From contig JAXMAP010000002.1 of assembly GCA_046350315.1 (NCBI GenBank), positions 1,824,390-1,888,389 on the forward strand: a stretch of 64,000 bases of DNA. The letters run 5' to 3'. Position 1 is the first letter of the stretch; every line of letters begins with the position of its first letter. Source of the DNA: Phycisphaerae bacterium (GTDB lineage: Bacteria; Planctomycetota; Phycisphaerae; UBA1845; Fen-1342). The translations under genes and the position numbers were made by a program. Positions 56,362 through 64,000 of this stretch are shown here, piece after piece. Under the pieces are notes generated by a model that saw only the letters and a list, made by a program, of their open reading frames with translations, had not been told where the DNA came from and did not search any database.

Positions 56362-56955
56362 ATGGCCGTATTCAATTCCGCGACACATGTCACGCTGCTG
56401 GCGCGCCTGGCCGGCGGCGCCGATTCGGTCGTCTGGGGCGAGTTCCTCGATCGCTACGGCGAGCTGATCCGCGGCTTCGCTCGCCGGCAAGGATTGCAGG
56501 CCAGCGATTGCGACGACGTGCTGCAAGAGGTCCTGCTCGCGCTGACGCGCGCCATCCCAGGTTTCGAGTACGACCCGGCCAAGGGGAAATTCCGCTCCTA
56601 CCTCAAGACCATCGCGCTGCGCGCCATCTACAAGAAACGCGGCGAGCGGCACGGCAACATCGACGTTTCGCGCATTGACGAGGTCAGCCGCGCCGCCGCG
56701 AACGACGAAGCCGTCGAACAAAGCTGGGAAGGCGAGTGGCAGCAGCACCATGTTCGCCGCGCAATGCGGGCGATTGACGCCGAGTTCGGCGCCGCCGATC
56801 GCCGCGCGTTTCAGCGCTACGCGGTCGAAGGCGCCGAGGTCGGCGCGGTGGCGGCGGAGCTGGGCTTGAGCGCGGATCAGATCTACCAGGCGAAATCGCG
56901 CATCGTCCGCAGACTGGGCGAGTTGATCGAACAGCAGATTGGCGAAGAGGGTTGA
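56362..56955 (+). CDS. ECF-type RNA polymerase sigma-70 family factor.
   Basis: Region 2 (DCDDVLQEVLLAL, FRSYLKTIALRAIYKK) and region 4 HTH (AVEGAEVGAVAAELGLSADQIYQAKSRIVRRL). Confidence 0.75.
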   Translation: MAVFNSATHVTLLARLAGGADSVVWGEFLDRYGELIRGFARRQGLQASDCDDVLQEVLLALTRAIPGFEYDPAKGKFRSYLKTIALRAIYKKRGERHGNIDVSRIDEVSRAAANDEAVEQSWEGEWQQHHVRRAMRAIDAEFGAADRRAFQRYAVEGAEVGAVAAELGLSADQIYQAKSRIVRRLGELIEQQIGEEG

Positions 56956-57041
56956 TTTCGTCTCAGGATGATTCAGCCGCGTGAAATGGGAAGCATCGGC
57001 ATCCTGCCGGTGCGAAGAACAATCATCGCGGAGAGCTTCGA

Positions 57042-59729
57042 ATGTCGCCGGAATACGCGTGGTATCAACAGGAAGCCGCGTTGTTGGCGAAAGTGCGGTC
57101 CGCCACGGATGCGGCACGGGCGCCGTCGATACCGGGCTATGACGACTTTCGCGAGCTCGGGCGCGGCGGGCAGGGCGTCGTCTATCGCGCGGTGCAACGT
57201 TCGACACACCGGCCGGTCGCGGTCAAAGTGCTGCTTGACGGCGCGTTTGCATCCGAGAGCGTTCGGCGGCGCTTCGAGCGCGAAGTCGAACTGGTCGCGT
57301 CGCTGCGCCATCCGAACATCGTCCGGATATACGACAGCGGAGCCACCGAGGACGGCCATCCGTTTTGCGTGATGGAGTGCATCGAAGGCGCCGCGCTGGA
57401 CGAGTTACTCGTCACCACGCCCCCCGACAATGCCGTCGCGCCGCTCGACGTGCGCTCAGCGCCGTCCGGCGGCTTCAAGCCCGGCGCGGACGTCCTCAGA
57501 CTTGCGTCGAACCGCGCGAGCTTGACCCTTTTCGCGACCATCTGCGACGCCGTTCAGCACGCGCATCAGCGCGGCGTAATCCATCGGGATTTGAAGCCCA
57601 GCAACATCCGCATCGACAACGCCGGGCAGCCGCACGTGCTGGATTTCGGCCTGGCGAAAAGCCTAGACCCATCCCACGCGGCGCAGCAAGCGCCGATGAC
57701 GATTTCGGGGCATTTCATGGGCTCGCTTCCGTGGGCCAGCCCCGAGCAGGTGCAAGGCGCGCCGTCCTTGATCGACTTGCGCACCGACGTGTACTCGCTT
57801 GGCGTCTTGCTGTTCCAAATGCTCACGGGGCGATTCCCGTATCCGGTCTCGGGGCCGTTTCATGAAGTGGTCGGGCACATTCTGCACGCTCGTCCGACGC
57901 GCCCGCACGCCATTCGCGCGGAAATCGACGACGAACTTCAGACCATCGTTCTCAAGTGCATTGAGAAGGAGCCCGAGCGGCGGTATCAGAGCGCCGGGGA
58001 GCTGCTGCGCGATGTTCGCGCCTACCTGAACGGCGAGCCGATCCATGCCAAGCGCGACAGCGTCTGGTACTCGTTTCGCAAACGCCTGCTCCGCTATCGG
58101 CTGGTCGCGCTGTGCAGTGCGGCCGGACTGGTGCTGATGGCCGGTCTGACGGCGACGCTGTTCGTGCTCTACGGGCGAGCGACTGCGGCGGAGCAGTTGG
58201 CTGAGCAGCGCCGCGCCGGGGCCGAGCACGTTGCAGACAGGGCGACGCGCGCGCAGGCGGCGCTGCGCGAGATGCTCGAGTCGCTCGATCCGTGGAAAAC
58301 CGTCGGTCGCGACCCGCAATTGCTGAATGAAATGCTGGATCAGGCGGCGGCGCGTCTGCCCCAGCAGCTCGTGGAGCATCCGGATGCCGAGGCCGATCTT
58401 CACGGCACGATCGGAATGACCTATTGGAGCCTCGGAAACCACGCCGCCGCTCGCAAGCAGTTCGCCGCCCAGCGCGAGCTTTGTCGCCAGTTCGGTGGCG
58501 AGGACGATCCGCGCGCGCTGACGGCTGCAAATCACCTGGCAATGATGGAGCTTCAGCTCGGCGAGAAAGAGGAGGCGCGCCGTCTGCTGGCCGAGACGCT
58601 GGAGCGATCGCGGCGCGTGTTGGGACCGACGCACCTCGACACGCTGAATGCGCAGAGCAATTACGCGTACGTGCTGCACGAACTGGGCCGGGTTGAGGAT
58701 GCCGCCGAGCTTCATCTCGCCTCGCTGGAAGCCCGCCGGCGTCTGACGGGGCCGGACGATCCGGAGACCATCACGTCGCTCAACAACTACGCGAGTTGTT
58801 TGCGGGACCTCGACCGTCTGGACGAGGCGGAACCACTGATGCGCGAGGTGCTCGAACGGCGGCGGCGCGTCCTGGGCGACGATCACCCGGATACCGCGAT
58901 CGCCTTCCAGAATCTGGCGGCGGCGCTCGATGATCGCGGGGACCTGCAGCAGGCTGAATCGCTGGATCGCGAGGCGCTACGGATATTCCGCAAGCGACTC
59001 GGCGAGCAGCACGAGTCCACCGCAATGGCGATGAGCAACCTGGCGTCGCTGCTCACGCGCCGCGGACGCACCGAGGAAGCCGAGACGTTGCTGCGGGCGG
59101 CGATCGATGCGGATAGAAAGGCGCTGGGGCCCGATCACGAGCAGACGCTTAGCGCCGCGAATAACCTCGCCAATCTGCTTTGCGAGCAACAGCGGCCGGC
59201 CGACGCCGAGCCGCTCGCGCGGCAGGTGGCGGAGGCGTCGCGTCGCACGTTGGGAGCGGAGCATCCGCGAACGCTGACGGCCCTGTCGAATCTGGCCATG
59301 ATCCTCGCCGACGTCGGACAAACCGAGCAAGCCGAGACGCTCTGCCGCGAGGTGCTCGAGACGCGCAGACGCGTCATGCCGGCCTGCCACGCTGAAATCG
59401 TGAAGTCGTTGGTCAACCTGGGAACGCTACTGCGGGACCAGGAGCGATTTGACGAATCCCTGTTGTTGCTGCACGAGGCGCTCGATTGCGCCGCGAAAAC
59501 ACTGCCCGAAGGGCACTGGTTGATCGCCCGTGTGCAGGACACGCTCGGACACACTCTGGCGCGAGCGGAGCGTTACGCTGAGGCCGAGCCGTTCCTGCTC
59601 GCCGGCTATGTCGGATTGCGGGCGGCCCTCGGCCCGGAGCACGCGGCCACGCGCACCTCACGGCAGCGCCTGCATCAGCTTTACATGGATTGGAACAAGC
59701 CCGAGCGCGCCAGCGAGTACGCACCATGA
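57042..59729 (+). CDS. Ser/Thr protein kinase with TM segment and C-terminal TPR array.
   Basis: GRGGQGVVYRA, AVKVL, HRDLKPSNIRI, DFGLA, SPEQ. Multiple TPR-like repeats (LNNYASCL, FQNLAAAL, MSNLASLL, LSNLAMIL). Confidence 0.8.
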   Translation: MSPEYAWYQQEAALLAKVRSATDAARAPSIPGYDDFRELGRGGQGVVYRAVQRSTHRPVAVKVLLDGAFASESVRRRFEREVELVASLRHPNIVRIYDSGATEDGHPFCVMECIEGAALDELLVTTPPDNAVAPLDVRSAPSGGFKPGADVLRLASNRASLTLFATICDAVQHAHQRGVIHRDLKPSNIRIDNAGQPHVLDFGLAKSLDPSHAAQQAPMTISGHFMGSLPWASPEQVQGAPSLIDLRTDVYSLGVLLFQMLTGRFPYPVSGPFHEVVGHILHARPTRPHAIRAEIDDELQTIVLKCIEKEPERRYQSAGELLRDVRAYLNGEPIHAKRDSVWYSFRKRLLRYRLVALCSAAGLVLMAGLTATLFVLYGRATAAEQLAEQRRAGAEHVADRATRAQAALREMLESLDPWKTVGRDPQLLNEMLDQAAARLPQQLVEHPDAEADLHGTIGMTYWSLGNHAAARKQFAAQRELCRQFGGEDDPRALTAANHLAMMELQLGEKEEARRLLAETLERSRRVLGPTHLDTLNAQSNYAYVLHELGRVEDAAELHLASLEARRRLTGPDDPETITSLNNYASCLRDLDRLDEAEPLMREVLERRRRVLGDDHPDTAIAFQNLAAALDDRGDLQQAESLDREALRIFRKRLGEQHESTAMAMSNLASLLTRRGRTEEAETLLRAAIDADRKALGPDHEQTLSAANNLANLLCEQQRPADAEPLARQVAEASRRTLGAEHPRTLTALSNLAMILADVGQTEQAETLCREVLETRRRVMPACHAEIVKSLVNLGTLLRDQERFDESLLLLHEALDCAAKTLPEGHWLIARVQDTLGHTLARAERYAEAEPFLLAGYVGLRAALGPEHAATRTSRQRLHQLYMDWNKPERASEYAP

Positions 59730-59950
59730 GCGATTCAGGCCGCGCCGCGCTGCCTTGATCCGTATTCCGATAATCCGCCCCGGCCGGGACGCACGATCCG
59801 ACCCAAACCGGGTTCCTTCCACGCGCCTCAACGCGTTTCGAAAATCGTCGCAGCTCGCCGCAATTTTTCGTCAGAAGCCACGCCCGGCCCCCAATGTAGT
59901 GGTGAAGCGTGCGACGGACACGCGAGGACGAGCGAACAAAGGAAACGAAA

Positions 59951-60145
59951 ATGGCGACGATCAAGAGCATGGTGAAGCAGGCGGCGGTGGCGATGGTGCT
60001 GGTTCTGGCGGCGACGGCGACGACGGGTTGCGATGATGGATTCGGCGGCGGTTACGACGCCCCGATGGTCGGCGGCTACGGCCCGATCGATGACGATGTC
60101 TTCCAGGCCGCGGCCGACGACTGGAGCGACTACATTCGCGAGTAG
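59951..60145 (+). CDS. Small lipoprotein, hypothetical.
   Basis: MATIKSMVKQAAVAMVLVLAATATTGCDDG lipobox. 64 aa. Confidence 0.35.
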   Translation: MATIKSMVKQAAVAMVLVLAATATTGCDDGFGGGYDAPMVGGYGPIDDDVFQAAADDWSDYIRE

Positions 60146-60315
60146 GCAGGGCAACAACCCGGCGAGGCTGAGCATCGCGGATAACAGGCTCGAGGCGGCG
60201 CGACCCACGGGGGGAGCGCCGCCTCACCTTAGTTTCAGACTCGGTCCGGCGACGGCGTCGCGCAACGGGCGCTTCGAACAGCGTGCCGAACTTTCGGCTA
60301 CCCCGTTCTTGCCCT

Positions 60316-61317
<1,002 letters not shown>

Positions 61318-61574
61318 CTAGCCGCGACTCGCGCGTGCGGCGACCGCGGTGTCGCGTTAGCGATCCGGGGGCCGAGACACCCGGCGACATTGCGGATCGG
61401 CGTCAAGTTCGTGGGCGGAACAATGCCATTCGCGGACATTCGCGGTCGTCTGGCAGGGCGCCGACCGCTTGACCGGCCGCTTGCGCTCGTGGTTCGGATG
61501 GATTTCGGCAGTCTCTTGCAATCGCGGATGGGGACCCCAAACTTGACGAGTACCCCATGATCTGAACTCGGGAT

Positions 61575-61730
61575 AGTGGACTAATTTCGCATGCGACGCC
61601 GGAAAAACGCTGGACACCGAGGCCCGACCGTAAGGGAGCGGCCTTCTGCTCATCGCAAGAGACCCCTCCCTTACAGTCGGGACTCGGCGGGGGAGTTCCA
61701 TCGCGATACTGAGCCACTACCGAACTCGGC
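61575..61730. repeat. REP/MITE-like palindromic element, copy E.
   Basis: gcatgcgacgccggaaaaacgctggacaccgaggcccgaccgtaagggagcgg...ccctcccttacagtcggg...gagccactaccgaactcgg. Confidence 0.7.
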
Positions 61731-61823
61731 ATTGGAAACTCGCCAGTCGCACTTCCCGCTGTATAATGCCGGCGACGCCGTGAACGCGCGGTTTTCGGCG
61801 CTCCTCATCAGGGACGGCATCAC

Positions 61824-62939
61824 ATGCGCATGGAATACAAAGCGGCACTCGCGGTCGGGTTGGTTGTGCTTGTCGGCAGCGCGATTTGGTGGAGCGTCGG
61901 GCAATCGGGCGGAAACAAGAAGCTCGACACGATTCCGCTGAACAAGAAAGTCGCCGATGCCAAACCATCCGGCGTCGGCCTGGCCAGCGATCCGCGAAAG
62001 ACGCAGACGCCGTCGCCCGCGCAGCCGGCCGGCGTGACGCCGCCGCGCCCCACACCGAGCACGACTCCGCCGGGCGCGACTCCCGCGTCGCCGGTCACGT
62101 CGCTTCCGCCGCTCGCGCCAGCTACGCCGGCGACGCGTCCGGCGTCGACATCCACCGATAGTTCGATGCATCCGGTCACGCCGGCAACCATGCCTGCCGT
62201 GTCGCTGACGCCTCGCAGCGAGCCGCCTTCTGCGCCGGTGACGACGCCGGCGGCATCGCCTCCCGGTGCGATTACGTCTCCCGCCGCACCGCCGGTCTCC
62301 GTTGCGCCGCGTCGTGACGATCAACCGATGACGCCCGCGCGGCCGAGCCCGCCCTCGACGGGCTCGACGACGCGGCCCGCCGGCGGCGACGGCAAATACA
62401 CGATCAAAGCCGGCGATACGTATGGCGTCATCGCAAAGGCGGAATACGGTGACGAACGGCTTTGGGCCGCAATTGAGGTGGCGAATCCCGGCGTCGATCC
62501 GAAGCGCCTTCGCATCGGGCAAGTGATCAACCTGCCGCCCAAGGAAAAGGTGCGCGCGTCGTCGGCCGGCGCAACGCCGACATCGCCGGCGCCCAGCAAG
62601 CCGGACGCCAAGCCGCCGACATCGCAGCCGGCGAAGTCTGGTACGACCCCGCCGAGCACGATCACTCCTGGCGCGACAACTCGACCTGCGGCGCGCGCGA
62701 CGTATGTTGTCGCCGACGGCGACACGCTGATGAGCATCGCGCGGAACGTGCTCAAGGACGAGAGCCGCTGGAAGGAGATTCTGGAACTCAACAAGGACAA
62801 GCTCTCCTCGCCCGAGAAACTGATGGAGGGCATGGAGATTCGCCTGCCGCCGCCGCGCGAGTCGGTCAATGGGACCTCGGGGCGTAGCGGTGAAAGTCGC
62901 CGCGGCGGGCCGCGTTCGGCGGGCGCCAAGCCGCGCTAG
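61824..62939 (+). CDS. LysM-domain (peptidoglycan-binding) protein with a Pro/Thr/Ala-rich linker.
   Basis: N-terminal TM/signal. Two LysM modules (YTIKAGDTYGVIAKAEYGDERLWAAIEVANP...IGQVINLPP and YVVADGDTLMSIARNVLKDESRWKEILELN...GMEIRLPP). Confidence 0.7.
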   Translation: MRMEYKAALAVGLVVLVGSAIWWSVGQSGGNKKLDTIPLNKKVADAKPSGVGLASDPRKTQTPSPAQPAGVTPPRPTPSTTPPGATPASPVTSLPPLAPATPATRPASTSTDSSMHPVTPATMPAVSLTPRSEPPSAPVTTPAASPPGAITSPAAPPVSVAPRRDDQPMTPARPSPPSTGSTTRPAGGDGKYTIKAGDTYGVIAKAEYGDERLWAAIEVANPGVDPKRLRIGQVINLPPKEKVRASSAGATPTSPAPSKPDAKPPTSQPAKSGTTPPSTITPGATTRPAARATYVVADGDTLMSIARNVLKDESRWKEILELNKDKLSSPEKLMEGMEIRLPPPRESVNGTSGRSGESRRGGPRSAGAKPR

Positions 62940-63007
62940 AGGCGGCCAGCGAGCGTGGAATGCCGGCAGCGATTCGCGCGCCTCATCGGCGAGGACTGCG
63001 GCACGCG

Positions 63008-63592
<585 letters not shown>

Positions 63593-63593
63593 A

Positions 63594-64000
63594 ATGCACC
63601 GCAAGATCGCCGCTGTTCTCTGCGCCTTCGCCGGGTTTGTGCTGGCCGGTTGCGCCGCCTCGGGCAAACCGGCGCCGCGGCCCGCGTCGCCCGATCCGAC
63701 GGTCGACGAATTGCCGCACATTCCGGAGTTGCAACGGAATATCCCGGCCCGCATCGGCGTCGCCGGGCTGGGCAACGCGCCGCGCGCCGTCTTGGTCGCG
63801 CCGATGCCGCCGGTCGAGCCGACCGCGGAAGAAAAGAAGATTCTCGGGGACACGGAGCCACCCCCGCTGCAGGAACTGACGCTGAATCGGCCGCCGCCTG
63901 GCCCGCAGCAAGGCGTGTATCCGCGCTACGGCGGGATCATCGCCGGCTCGCAGTCGTCCAAAGGCGGGCCGCACAGCAGTCTGGGAGCAATTCGCTGGAC
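63594..64000 (+). CDS. Lipoprotein, hypothetical (3'-partial, runs off the window).
   Basis: MHRKIAAVLCAFAGFVLAGCAAS lipobox. ORF continues open to the window end. Confidence 0.4.
   Translation, partial: MHRKIAAVLCAFAGFVLAGCAASGKPAPRPASPDPTVDELPHIPELQRNIPARIGVAGLGNAPRAVLVAPMPPVEPTAEEKKILGDTEPPPLQELTLNRPPPGPQQGVYPRYGGIIAGSQSSKGGPHSSLGAIRW

Overview
High-GC (roughly 65-70% by eye) bacterial chromosomal window. The gene content is an inferred hint of a Planctomycetota-like organism: a ~1000-aa FliD, an orphan Hcp, several Ser/Thr kinases including an ECF-sigma/STK pair, a PEP-CTERM protein, LpxI and a stand-alone MurD. The left ~12 kb is an accessory mobile/defence island. It begins with the 3' end of an upstream gene cut by the window edge and overlapping by 8 nt the start of a short, catalytically inactive prokaryotic Argonaute (MID+PIWI only). 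Next comes a tightly spaced three-gene unit: a DUF2130-like coiled-coil PD-(D/E)xK nuclease, an AAA_21/DUF3696 ABC-type ATPase, and an unknown 315-aa partner. Then follow two small hypotheticals, 1.8 kb without credible ORFs, an XRE-HTH + ImmA/IrrE metallopeptidase pair, an excisionase-like HTH protein, a tyrosine integrase and tRNA-Thr(UGU). The remaining ~52 kb is mostly housekeeping or envelope genes: alpha/beta hydrolases, a TPR membrane protein, hcp, fliD-fliS, a radical-SAM/SPASM enzyme, kinases, flotillin, pyrH, lpxI, tRNA-Lys, nuoD, XdhC/MocA accessory genes, cysE, mutY, murD, a YhaM-like HD nuclease, mdh, a LysM protein and a PabA/TrpG-type amidotransferase. Several things stand out against that background. 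A ~150-bp palindromic REP/MITE-like element occurs in five copies. A 28-bp perfect nested inverted repeat sits between convergent genes. A stand-alone Topo VI-A/Spo11-like ('Mini-A'-like) gene has no B subunit and sits next to a CHAT-like remnant. A CarH/LitR-like B12 regulator and a degenerate minisatellite inside a hydrolase gene are also present. The strongest candidates for an undescribed system are the short pAgo locus with its truncated upstream partner and the DUF2130-ATPase-unknown operon immediately downstream of it. No CRISPR array and no rRNA were seen. All coordinates derived by hand may be off by 1-2 nt.
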